64,000 nucleotides of DNA from Parcubacteria group bacterium (lineage in GTDB: Bacteria > Patescibacteriota > Minisyncoccia > Phycocordibacterales > CALRBT01), in contig CALRBT010000001.1 of the NCBI GenBank assembly GCA_943354475.1, forward strand, positions 101,424 to 165,423, given 5' to 3'. Within the stretch, counting starts at the first letter, position 1. The number at the start of each line of letters is the position of its first letter. This document shows positions 19,892 through 29,358 of the stretch, piece by piece. The notes beneath the pieces are model-generated. The model was given only the letters and a program-made list of their open reading frames with translations, had not been told where the DNA came from and ran no database searches. The position numbers and the translations under genes were made by a program.

Positions 19892-20542
19892 ATGCATTTC
19901 CACATCGTCACATTATTTCCTGAAGCCTTTACTTCCTATCTCGATACTTCAATTGTCGGGCGTGCCTTGCGTGAGAAAAAAATCAAAGTTAGCTTTTATA
20001 ATCCAAGGGATTTTACCAAAGAAAAACATGCTCGTGTTGATAAGCGACCATATAGCGGAGGTCCTGGTATGGTCCTCCAAGCTGAGCCGGTACTTAAGGC
20101 TGTTAAGAAGGCTATTTCAAAATCAAATAAGAAAGTTAAACCAGTAATTTTCTTTCTCGAGGCGGATGGAAAACAATTTGATAATACGATTGCAAGTAAC
20201 CTTTCAAAGAAAGCCAAAGACATCATTATTATCTGTGGGCACTATGAAGGTATTGATGCACGGGTCCAGAAGATTTTGAAGGCTAAGCCCCTTTCTATTG
20301 GCCCATATATTCTAACGGGTGGGGAATTGCCAGCACTCATCATGATTGATGCAATTGCAAGGCAGGTTGAAGGAGTGCTCGGTAACTTCTCGTCCATTGA
20401 AGAAAAACGCACCGCAACCTCGGAAGTTTACACTCGTCCTGAAATTCTCGAATATGCTGGCAAGAAATATCGTGTACCAAAAGTGCTTCTCTCTGGGGAC
20501 CACAAAAAGATTGAAGCTTGGAAGCAATCAAAGAGGGGTTGA
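19892..20542 (+). CDS. trmD: tRNA (guanine-N1)-methyltransferase
   Basis: TLFPE, VDKRPYSGGPGMV, ICGHYEGIDAR, SIGPYILTGGELPA. Confidence 0.96.
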   Translation: MHFHIVTLFPEAFTSYLDTSIVGRALREKKIKVSFYNPRDFTKEKHARVDKRPYSGGPGMVLQAEPVLKAVKKAISKSNKKVKPVIFFLEADGKQFDNTIASNLSKKAKDIIIICGHYEGIDARVQKILKAKPLSIGPYILTGGELPALIMIDAIARQVEGVLGNFSSIEEKRTATSEVYTRPEILEYAGKKYRVPKVLLSGDHKKIEAWKQSKRG

Positions 20543-20634
20543 ATAAAGTTTAAGAAAGCGGGTTAACGTTTACAAACTTCTTTGGTAGTATTCAATATGG
20601 AGGCCCCATCAACACCTAGTGGAGGAAGAATACC

Positions 20635-20784
20635 ATGGCTACTCAACGGAGAAATCTCCAGAAACCATACTTTCTTGGATCTTCGGTATTCAACAGAAAA
20701 ACACAAAAAGAAAAGTTGCGTTCGAAAAAGAAGGGAAAGAAACAGTTCCACCGAAATGGTAGTCGCTTCGTGCGACCTGACTGA
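20635..20784 (+). CDS. Small basic protein (49 aa), not in the ORF track
   Basis: GGAGG SD, MATQRRNLQKPYFLGSSVFNRKTQKEKLRSKKKGKKQFHRNGSRFVRPD*, and a hairpin at 20820-20845. Confidence 0.5.
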   Translation: MATQRRNLQKPYFLGSSVFNRKTQKEKLRSKKKGKKQFHRNGSRFVRPD

Positions 20785-20866
20785 AGTGGGCGGTAGTCCT
20801 GCCACAAGAAATGATTTATCACCCCGCGAGCTGGCTCGCGGGGTGAGTACGGTTTAGGTGCACCCT

Positions 20867-21187
20867 TGACGCATTATGAGGGGGTGGGGTATACTATATC
20901 TAACCTTTTAGATTGAGTTTCGATTGTTAAAGAGGCTTTGGATGGTAATGTTTCTTGCTTTTAGTAAGAGATAAGTTTCTAAATACAGTAATCAAAACAC
21001 CTTAAATAGTTAAAGGTAGTTTTGCTTTTTTGCGTTTATAAAATTCTACCGATTTCTCACCCTTCTCTTTTGAGAACAAAACCTGTGAGGATGAGGTGAC
21101 AGTGCGATTAACCATTATAGCCTGTAGCATACTCACAAAACGCTCTTTGTGAGCAGGTCTTAGCAACCCTCTAAACAATATTTTCTT
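20867..21187 (+). promoter_or_regulatory. Sigma70 promoter and ~285-nt structured 5' leader of rpoBC
   Basis: TTGACG-17 nt-TATACT followed by several hairpins before the ATG at 21188. Confidence 0.6.
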
Positions 21188-24100
21188 ATGCCAATTGAGA
21201 AAAAGTATTTCGGCCGATACAAGAAACCTCTCGCCCCAGTTCCACAGTTGGCCTCTGCACAAATGCACTCATATGAGTGGCTAAAAACAGAAGGCCTCAA
21301 AGAAATTTTCAAAGAGTTCTCTCCAATTGAAGACTATTCAGGCAAGAAATTCCATTTGGAATTTACAAGTTTTGATCTCGCCGAACCAAAGTACGATGAG
21401 TTCTATGCTAAGGCAAACAAACTCTCATACGAGGCACCACTCCGCGTTCGTATTTCTCTCAAGAACAAGACAATCAATACCGAAAAAGAGCAGGAGCTCT
21501 TTATGGCTGATTTCCCAATAATGACCTCACACGGAACCTTCATCATCAATGGTGTTGAGCGTGTTGTCGTGCCACAGCTCGCAAGATCATTTGGAGTTTT
21601 CTTCAACTCACAGGAAATCAAAGGTAAGAAATATTTTGGCGCAAAAATTATCCCAGCTCGCGGAGCCTGGGTTGAGATTGAAGCTGATGCCGACAAAGTA
21701 CTTTATGTTCGAATTGACCGAAAACGAAAATTCTCAATCACCTCACTCCTTCGTGTACTTGGTGCACCAACTGATGCTGATATCCTTGCCCTTGCTGACG
21801 GTAATCCAGAACTCAAAGCACACCTCGAAGCATCACTTGCCAAAGACACCGCAAAGAACGTTGATGAATCATACATTGAGATTCATAAGAAACTTCGTGA
21901 TGGAGACTTGGCGACCGTTGAAAACGCAAAGGAATTCATCGATTCTATTTTTAGTAAAACTCGTTACGACCTCAACAAGGTTGGACGTTTTCGTTTCAAC
22001 AAGCGTTTTGGCAAATCTCTCGCTGAAAAGGATCTTGAGATTCGCACTGTCGATCTTTCTGATTTTACCATCATCATCAAACACATCGCTCACCTCAACT
22101 CAATTCCTGATGCAACCGAAGATGATATTGACCACCTAGGATCTCGTCGTGTTCGTTATGTTGGAGAAATGTTCCAGCAGAAAATTCGTGTTGGTATGTC
22201 ACGCATGAAGCGAAACATCCAAGATCGAATGTCTACTATTGATGCAGATGCGACACTTCCAGTGCAATTCATTAACCCACGACCACTTCAGGCACAGCTC
22301 AAAGAATTCTTTACCGCAAACCAACTTTCACAATTCATGCAACAGGAGAATGTGCTCACCGAAGTTGAACAGCTCCGTCTCCTTTCAGCACTTGGACAAG
22401 GAGGACTTACTCGTGAACGAGCCGGCTTTGAGGTTCGTGACGTTCACTCATCTCACTATGGACGCGTTTGTCCAATCCACACACCTGAAGGACCAAACAT
22501 TGGTCTTATTCTTCACTTGGCAACCTATGCTCGAATCAATGAATTTGGAATGATTGAAACGCCGTACGCAAAGGTGAAGAACGCTAAAGTTCAAGACGAT
22601 ATTGTTTACCTCAACGCCTCAGAAGAGGAAGGATATGTGATTGCCCACGCTGGAGCAAAGGTAGATAAAGATAATAATATTATTGAAGATCGAGTTGAAG
22701 CCAGACTTGAGGGTGAACCGGTGATGGCAAAGAAAGAGGATGTTAGCTATATCGACGTTGCAACTAACCAAGCATTCTCAATTGCCACTTCGATGATTCC
22801 ATTCCTTGAGAACGACGACGCTAACCGAGCACTCATGGGTTCAAACATGCAGAAGCAAGCAACCCCTTGTATTATTCCTGAGGCACCACTCGTGGCTACT
22901 GGTATTGAAGAGCGATTGGCAATGGATTCAGGCCGTCTCGTTCTTGCAAAAGAAGATGGTATTGTCACCTACGTCGATGCCCGAATGATTAAAGTAAAGA
23001 ATGCAAAGGATGATGAGAAAGTTTACAGTCTCATCAACTTCTCTCGAACAAACAACTTCACTATTTTCCATCAACGACCTTCAGTTGAATTAGGACAGAA
23101 AGTAAAGAAAGGTGAGTTACTCGCCGACACTTCTACTTCAGATTATGGACAGGCAGCTATCGGACAGAACGCACGCGTTGCCTTTATGTCATGGTCTGGA
23201 TCAAACTACGAAGACGCTATCATCCTCTCAGAGCGATTGGTTAAGAACAGTAAATTTACTTCAATTCATATCGAAGAATTTGTGGTTAATGTTCGTGATA
23301 CAAAGCTAGGACCTGAAATCACAACACACGATATTCCAAACGTTGGAGAGAATAAATTAAAGAACCTTGATGAGGACGGAATTATCCGTATCGGTGCTGA
23401 AGTTCGAACTGGAGACATATTGGTTGGTAAGATTACACCAAAGGGAGAGACACAACTAACTCCAGAAGAGAGACTTCTCCGCTCAATCTTTGGTGAGAAA
23501 GCACGTGACGTGAAAGATACCTCACTTCGAATGGAATCAGGAAAGCGTGGACGTATTATTGGCGTTAAAGTTTTCTCACGCGAGCGAGGCGACTCACTAG
23601 AGTCCGGTATTATCAAGAAAATTTATATTGAAGTTGCGCAGCTACGAAACATTTCAGTTGGAGATAAGCTTGCAGGACGACACGGTAACAAAGGAGTTAT
23701 CTCAAAGATTCTTCCTGAAGAGGATATGCCATACATGGCAGATGGAACACCAATTGACGTGATTCTTACACCCCTTGGTGTGCCTTCACGTATGAACCTT
23801 GGTCAAATTCTCGAGCTCCATTTGGGACTTGCTGCACATACACTTAACTATCAAGCGATTGTTCCATCATTTGCAGGAGCAACTGACGTTGAAATCAAAG
23901 AAGAACTAAAGAAAGCAGGATTTAATGAAAGTGGTAAGGTAAAACTTTACGACGGACGGACTGGCGAAGCCTTCGAGCAGGACATCGCGATGGGATACAT
24001 GTACATCTTAAAGCTTCATCACATGGTTGAAGACAAGATTCACATGCGATCAATTGGTCCATACTCACTCGTTACTCAGCAACCACTTGGAGGAAAGGCG

Positions 24101-24409
24101 CAAGAGGGAGGACAGCGATTTGGAGAAATGGAAGTCTGGGCGCTCCTCGGTTATGGTGCCGCTTACACGCTTCGAGAAATGCTCACCATCAAGTCAGACG
24201 ATATCGTAGGACGTTCTGCCGCCTTCGACTCAATCGTTAAAGGTAAGCATCTTGATCAGCCATATCTTCCAGCATCATTTAATGTGTTGCTCAATAACCT
24301 TCGTGGACTAGCGCTTGATGTTGAACTCAAGAAGGAGAGAAAAGGGGCAGCTGCGGACACTTATGTTCGTGAAGGAAAATCATTATCAGCTCAGGGTGCG
24401 AACGAATAA
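21188..24409 (+). CDS. rpoB: RNA polymerase beta subunit
   Basis: GTFIINGVERVVV, TPEGPNIGLI, GDKLAGRHGNKGV, GGQRFGEMEVWAL. Confidence 0.99.
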   Translation: MPIEKKYFGRYKKPLAPVPQLASAQMHSYEWLKTEGLKEIFKEFSPIEDYSGKKFHLEFTSFDLAEPKYDEFYAKANKLSYEAPLRVRISLKNKTINTEKEQELFMADFPIMTSHGTFIINGVERVVVPQLARSFGVFFNSQEIKGKKYFGAKIIPARGAWVEIEADADKVLYVRIDRKRKFSITSLLRVLGAPTDADILALADGNPELKAHLEASLAKDTAKNVDESYIEIHKKLRDGDLATVENAKEFIDSIFSKTRYDLNKVGRFRFNKRFGKSLAEKDLEIRTVDLSDFTIIIKHIAHLNSIPDATEDDIDHLGSRRVRYVGEMFQQKIRVGMSRMKRNIQDRMSTIDADATLPVQFINPRPLQAQLKEFFTANQLSQFMQQENVLTEVEQLRLLSALGQGGLTRERAGFEVRDVHSSHYGRVCPIHTPEGPNIGLILHLATYARINEFGMIETPYAKVKNAKVQDDIVYLNASEEEGYVIAHAGAKVDKDNNIIEDRVEARLEGEPVMAKKEDVSYIDVATNQAFSIATSMIPFLENDDANRALMGSNMQKQATPCIIPEAPLVATGIEERLAMDSGRLVLAKEDGIVTYVDARMIKVKNAKDDEKVYSLINFSRTNNFTIFHQRPSVELGQKVKKGELLADTSTSDYGQAAIGQNARVAFMSWSGSNYEDAIILSERLVKNSKFTSIHIEEFVVNVRDTKLGPEITTHDIPNVGENKLKNLDEDGIIRIGAEVRTGDILVGKITPKGETQLTPEERLLRSIFGEKARDVKDTSLRMESGKRGRIIGVKVFSRERGDSLESGIIKKIYIEVAQLRNISVGDKLAGRHGNKGVISKILPEEDMPYMADGTPIDVILTPLGVPSRMNLGQILELHLGLAAHTLNYQAIVPSFAGATDVEIKEELKKAGFNESGKVKLYDGRTGEAFEQDIAMGYMYILKLHHMVEDKIHMRSIGPYSLVTQQPLGGKAQEGGQRFGEMEVWALLGYGAAYTLREMLTIKSDDIVGRSAAFDSIVKGKHLDQPYLPASFNVLLNNLRGLALDVELKKERKGAAADTYVREGKSLSAQGANE

Positions 24410-24422
24410 CTAAACAATAAAT

Positions 24423-27400
24423 ATGTCAACAAAATTTGAAAACAATGTTGAAGATAAGGGTAAGGTATTCGGCGCACCGACTTCATCTGGAATGAATCGC
24501 AAACCGGATGTTCCTGACTTTGATATCATCTCAATCAAACTTGCTTCTCCTGATCGTATTAAGGAGTGGTCATTTGGTGAAGTTACAAAACCTGAAACTA
24601 TTAACTACCGAACACAGCGATCTGAAAAGAGCGGACTCTTTGATGAAAAGATATTTGGACCTGAGAAGGACTATGAGTGTTACTGTGGAAAGTATCGGGG
24701 TATTCGCTACAAAGGAATTGTTTGTGAGAAATGTGGTGTTGAAATAACTCGTTCAATTGTTAGACGAGAGCGAATGGGTCACATCGAACTTGCTGTTCCT
24801 GTTTCCCACATCTGGTTCCTTCGAAGTATTCCTTCACGAATCGGAATGGTTCTTGGAATTCAAACGAGCGAACTTGAAAAAGTTATTTACTTTGGTGGAT
24901 ACATCATCACTATGGTTAACGAAGCAGAGCGCGCTCGAATTCTTCGAGATATCGATTCTGAATACAAATCAAAAGTTAAGTCTCTAGTTGACGATAAATC
25001 AAAAGAGAAAATGAAAGAGCTCTTGGTAGCCGCCAAGAAAGACGTAGAAGGTATTGTGGAAGGTCGCGTGCTTGATGAAGCGGATTACCACAAGTACACC
25101 ATCAAATACAGCACACTCTTTGAGGCAGGAATCGGCGCCGAAGCTATTTATAATATTTGTCGAAGCCTTGATCTCAAGAAGCTTGTTGAGATTATGGAAA
25201 CCGCACTTGAAAAAGCGGGGGCTATTGAACGTGAGAAACTTCAAAAAAGACTCTCACTCATTCGTTCAATGATTCGTTCAAACGTTCGTCCTGAATGGAT
25301 GTTCCTCGTACACATCCCTGTAATTCCACCAGCACTTCGTCCAATGGTAGCTCTCGAAGGAGGACGTCACGCGACATCCGACATCAACGATCTCTATAGA
25401 CGCGTCATCAACCGAAACAATCGTTTGAAGAAATTGAAAGAGATCAACGCACCAGAAGTCATTCTTCGAAACGAGAAGCGAATTCTTCAGGAGGCAGTCG
25501 ACTCACTTATCGACAACTCAATTCGTCACGGTAATGCGCTCGGTGCGATGAGTCAGGCACAGCGACGTCCACTAAAGTCACTCTCAGATAACCTCAAATC
25601 AAAGCAAGGACTCTTCCGTCAGAATCTCCTTGGTAAACGTGTTGACTACTCAGGACGATCAGTGATCGTCGTAGGACCAACACTCTCTCTTGATCAATGT
25701 GGTTTGCCAAAGCATATGGCACTCGAGCTCTTCAAACCGTTTGTGATTTCAAAGTTGCTCGAACGAGAGCTTGCCTTCAACATCCGTGGAGCAGGGCGTT
25801 TAATTGACGACGCCATTCCAGAAGTATGGGCAATCCTCGAAGAGATCATTAAAGATAAGTACGTACTCCTTAACCGTGCGCCAACCCTTCACCGCTTGGG
25901 TATTCAGGCATTCCGCCCAGTCTTGATTGAAGGAAACGCAATCCAAGTGCACCCACTCGTTTGTTCTGCTTTCAACGCAGACTTCGATGGTGACCAGATG
26001 GCCGTCCACCTACCTCTCGGCGAAGAAGCACAGATGGAGGCTCGTGAGATTATGGCCGCCAACAAGAACCTCTTGAAGCCTGGAAACGGCGAAATGGTGT
26101 TCTCAGCAAAGATGCTCGACATCGTCCTTGGTTGTTATTGGATGACTAAAGTAATCGCAGGAGAGAAGGGAGAAGGGATGATTTTCCCATCTCCAAACAA
26201 TGCTATTACTGCCTACGACTACGGAGCAGTGAGCTTTAGAGCTAAGGTCAAGGTGCTCGGTACTGATAGTCCTAAATACGCAGAGTTTGATGGTGCGGTA
26301 TTTGAGACAACCGTTGGACGACTCCTCTTTAACAGTGTGCTTCCAAAGGACTACCCATATATCAACAAAGAGATTGATCGTAAGGTGCTCGCATCACTCG
26401 TTGATGACGTGTTGGAGCGATATGGTCCAGCCAAAGTACCAGATATTCTCGATAAGATTAAGACCTTTGGATTCAAGTACGCGACACACTCAGGAATTAC
26501 CTGGGGACTTGATGATATTCGTATTCCAGAAGGAAAGCATGCCATCATTAAAGAAGGACGACGACAGTCAGAAGAGGCAATGCAACAGTTCAACGACGGA
26601 TTCCTTTCTGAAGAAGAGCGTTACCGAAAAAATATTGAGATTTGGCACGGTGCCAAGAATGAAATCGAAAAGTTGATTCCAGATTCTCTTGAGAAAGATG
26701 GTTCTGTCTTCGATATGATCAACTCAGGAGCCAGAGGATCTCTCGCACAGATTACTCAGATGGCCGGAATGAAGGGCCTCATTGTTTCGCCAAAGGGTGA
26801 GACAATCGAGTTCCCAATTCTTACTTCAACCAAAGAAGGTCTCACACCAATTGAGTACTTTATTACAACTCACGGATCACGAAAGAACCTATCGGACACT
26901 GCACTTAACACATCAAAAGCAGGATACCTCACTCGTCGTCTCTTCGTAGTGGCGCAGGATGTTATCGTTATTGAAGATGATTGTGGTACCAAAGAGGGAA
27001 TTAAGATGACCAAAGCTTCAGCTTCAGGAATTGAAGTGTCCCTCGCTCGAAACATCCGCGGCCGAGTACTTGCCGAAGAGGTTCAAGATGGTGGCAAGAC
27101 ACTCTTCAAGAAAGGACACCTCCTTACCAAGTACGAGGCAGAGCAGATTGAGAAAGCTGGAATTACTGAAGTTCTTGTTCGTTCACCACTTACCTGTAAG
27201 AGTCCAAAGGGTCTCTGTCAGCAGTGTTACGGAGTTGACCTTGGAAACAATGAATTAATCAACCTTGGTGAAGCAGTCGGTACGGTAGCTGCACAGGCTA
27301 TCGGAGAGCCAGGAACACAGCTAACCATGCGTACGTTCCACTCCGGAGGTGTGGCATCAGTTGGTGGAGACATCACCTCAGGTCTCCCTCGCGTGGAAGA

Positions 27401-28184
27401 AATCTTTGAACGACATATGCCAAAGAACCCAGCAATTGTCGCAACTGTTACTGGTGTTGTTGTTGAAATCAAAGATGAAGGGAAAGAAAAGATTATTGTT
27501 GTTCTTCCAAACGCAGGAGAAAAAGCAAAAAACAAACTAAAGAAGAAAGATACTGGAGAAACGGTTGAATACACCGTAAACTTCCGCCGAATGATTTTGG
27601 TTAAATCAGGTCAAGAAATCAAGCGAGGAGACTTCCTTACTGACGGATCTGCGGATATTAATGATGTATTTGCCTACGGTGGAAAAGAGAAAGCTGAGCA
27701 ATACATCATTAGTGAAATCACCAAGATTTATGAACTTCAAGGAGCTTCAATTTCACGAAAGCACTTGGAGGTAATTGTTCGCCAAATGTTCTCACGTCGC
27801 AAGGTTAAAGATGCAGGTGATACCGATTTCTCAAAGGGAGATGTGGTTGAACACGCAATGCTTATCGCTGAGAACAAGCGAGTGAAGGCCCTCGGTAAGG
27901 ATGAAGCAAAAGCAGATGATATGGTTATGGGTGTCTCTGAAGTCTCGCTTACAAGGAAGAGCTTTATGGCAGCGGCATCGTTCCAGAACACCACCAAGGT
28001 GCTCATTAACTCAGCAATCCGCGGAGTAGTTGATAACCTAGTTGGTCTCAAGGAAAACGTAATCATCGGTCGCCTCATTCCTGCAGGAACTGGCTTTGTT
28101 GGTTCACCAAAATTCAAGGCAATCGCTGCAATGAAAAACGCTAGACCTGTTGAAGTGGAGCCTGTTATTGAAGATCAAGTGTAA
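24423..28184 (+). CDS. rpoC: RNA polymerase beta' subunit
   Basis: CYCGKY, NADFDGDQM, GEPGTQLTMRTFH, GLKENVIIGRLIPAGTG. Confidence 0.99.
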   Translation: MSTKFENNVEDKGKVFGAPTSSGMNRKPDVPDFDIISIKLASPDRIKEWSFGEVTKPETINYRTQRSEKSGLFDEKIFGPEKDYECYCGKYRGIRYKGIVCEKCGVEITRSIVRRERMGHIELAVPVSHIWFLRSIPSRIGMVLGIQTSELEKVIYFGGYIITMVNEAERARILRDIDSEYKSKVKSLVDDKSKEKMKELLVAAKKDVEGIVEGRVLDEADYHKYTIKYSTLFEAGIGAEAIYNICRSLDLKKLVEIMETALEKAGAIEREKLQKRLSLIRSMIRSNVRPEWMFLVHIPVIPPALRPMVALEGGRHATSDINDLYRRVINRNNRLKKLKEINAPEVILRNEKRILQEAVDSLIDNSIRHGNALGAMSQAQRRPLKSLSDNLKSKQGLFRQNLLGKRVDYSGRSVIVVGPTLSLDQCGLPKHMALELFKPFVISKLLERELAFNIRGAGRLIDDAIPEVWAILEEIIKDKYVLLNRAPTLHRLGIQAFRPVLIEGNAIQVHPLVCSAFNADFDGDQMAVHLPLGEEAQMEAREIMAANKNLLKPGNGEMVFSAKMLDIVLGCYWMTKVIAGEKGEGMIFPSPNNAITAYDYGAVSFRAKVKVLGTDSPKYAEFDGAVFETTVGRLLFNSVLPKDYPYINKEIDRKVLASLVDDVLERYGPAKVPDILDKIKTFGFKYATHSGITWGLDDIRIPEGKHAIIKEGRRQSEEAMQQFNDGFLSEEERYRKNIEIWHGAKNEIEKLIPDSLEKDGSVFDMINSGARGSLAQITQMAGMKGLIVSPKGETIEFPILTSTKEGLTPIEYFITTHGSRKNLSDTALNTSKAGYLTRRLFVVAQDVIVIEDDCGTKEGIKMTKASASGIEVSLARNIRGRVLAEEVQDGGKTLFKKGHLLTKYEAEQIEKAGITEVLVRSPLTCKSPKGLCQQCYGVDLGNNELINLGEAVGTVAAQAIGEPGTQLTMRTFHSGGVASVGGDITSGLPRVEEIFERHMPKNPAIVATVTGVVVEIKDEGKEKIIVVLPNAGEKAKNKLKKKDTGETVEYTVNFRRMILVKSGQEIKRGDFLTDGSADINDVFAYGGKEKAEQYIISEITKIYELQGASISRKHLEVIVRQMFSRRKVKDAGDTDFSKGDVVEHAMLIAENKRVKALGKDEAKADDMVMGVSEVSLTRKSFMAAASFQNTTKVLINSAIRGVVDNLVGLKENVIIGRLIPAGTGFVGSPKFKAIAAMKNARPVEVEPVIEDQV

Positions 28185-28218
28185 TCCAGTATCTAGTAAT
28201 AGAATCTAAAAATATTTC

Positions 28219-28827
28219 GTGAAAAAAAAGCTAATCATCCCCATACTTCTTATTGTGGTTGGGAGTGTCGGTTACTTTGCCTTCTATAAACTATTGCAAA
28301 AACCTGAATCAATAGTTCAAACCACTCTACCAGAAGGGTACCAAACTTATACAAACGCTGACCTTGGTGTAACAGTTAGTGTTCCAAAAGACTGGGTAAT
28401 TACCGCTATCGACGAAACTGGTAATGGTTCAACAACAAAGGTAACTATATCCTCGCCTGACCTGGAAACCAAACATACCACTGTAGGAGGTGGGGAAATC
28501 ATACGTAAAGGAGGAGAGTTTGGGTTTTCATCTGAACCCGTTACAGATGAGGAGCAAGAACGAATTACACTTCCTCAAGCGAAAACTCCATCAGGAGATA
28601 ACTTTGTTTCAAGAGAAGCGATTACAGTTGATGGTCAAACTGTCTTCCTTGATACATACCTAGGGGACTTTGAAGACCTGTCAGCGAAAGACCAAAGAAA
28701 ACTGAGTTCGGCAGCATTCTTCTATAATGGAAAATTATACAGTTTTTCATTTACCTATGGTCCAAGTTTAATTAACCACGACGAAATACTTAAAAACTTT
28801 ATCGAAGGATTCAAGATAAGTCGTTAG
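28219..28827 (+). CDS. Membrane-anchored PsbP/Mog1-like protein
   Basis: N-terminal TM, YQTYTNADLGVTVSVPKDW...ITVDG...YNGKLYSFSF...FIEGFK pattern. Confidence 0.6.
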   Translation: MKKKLIIPILLIVVGSVGYFAFYKLLQKPESIVQTTLPEGYQTYTNADLGVTVSVPKDWVITAIDETGNGSTTKVTISSPDLETKHTTVGGGEIIRKGGEFGFSSEPVTDEEQERITLPQAKTPSGDNFVSREAITVDGQTVFLDTYLGDFEDLSAKDQRKLSSAAFFYNGKLYSFSFTYGPSLINHDEILKNFIEGFKISR

Positions 28828-28836
28828 AGTAGTCGA

Positions 28837-28886
28837 TTTAACCAACAAAAGCCTCGGCAGAAATGCCGAGGCTTTTGTTGGTTAAA
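28837..28886. terminator. Long perfect bidirectional terminator
   Basis: 23-bp stem TTTAACCAACAAAAGCCTCGGCA with a GAAA loop. Confidence 0.8.
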
Positions 28887-28999
28887 ATCAGTTGCTAAAC
28901 TACATTCAGTATTACCGCAACAGTCTTCGTGTAAATCAAGAAAGCCCCGGCAAGAATGCGCGAGGCTTTCTGTCGGGGCGACGGTGGTTATGGTCGACT

Positions 29000-29191
29000 T
29001 TACGTCTTGGCTATTACCACCGTTGTTGTGTATACGGGGGTCAGCCCTTCATTACTTGCTATCGGTGCAAGAAGTACTATTGTACTAGTGGTAACAATCC
29101 TGTAGCCATCGTGCTTTGCCAGTTCGAGTTCGATGGACCGCTCGTGGTGCACTAACCCTTCTGTTGACACTATTAAAATCTTGTCAAACAT
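29000..29191 (-). CDS. Small hypothetical protein (ORFan cassette)
   Basis: TTGACA-17-TACACT promoter, AGAAAGG SD, and downstream hairpin near 28938-28971. Confidence 0.6.
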   Translation of the reverse strand: MFDKILIVSTEGLVHHERSIELELAKHDGYRIVTTSTIVLLAPIASNEGLTPVYTTTVVIAKT

Positions 29192-29315
29192 CGCAGTAAA
29201 CCTTCTTTCTTTTGTGGTGGCTTGATAATAGTGTACAGTATAAATTAGAATATGTCAAACAGATTTTGCTGTGTGCTATAATGATCTTAATTCATTAACA
29301 CTGTCTCTAGTTTTA

Positions 29316-29350
29316 AACCCCACCCCCTAAAACCTATCACCTATAACCTT
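29316..29350 (+). repeat. Degenerate heptamer tandem repeat (nnCCTAn)
   Basis: cccctaa aacctat cacctat aacctt just before the dnaG ATG. Confidence 0.65.
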
Positions 29351-29358
29351 GCTCTCCT

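Noticed and set aside
21327-28117. Many short antisense or out-of-frame ORFs inside rpoBC (also in dnaE, smc, rnr)
   Set aside because: They are shadows of codon bias in long genes, with no motifs or expression signals.
28892-29155. + strand Cys-rich 87-aa ORF, or an ncRNA in this gap
   Set aside because: The opposite-strand 63-aa ORF has a consensus promoter, SD and terminator and explains the region better.
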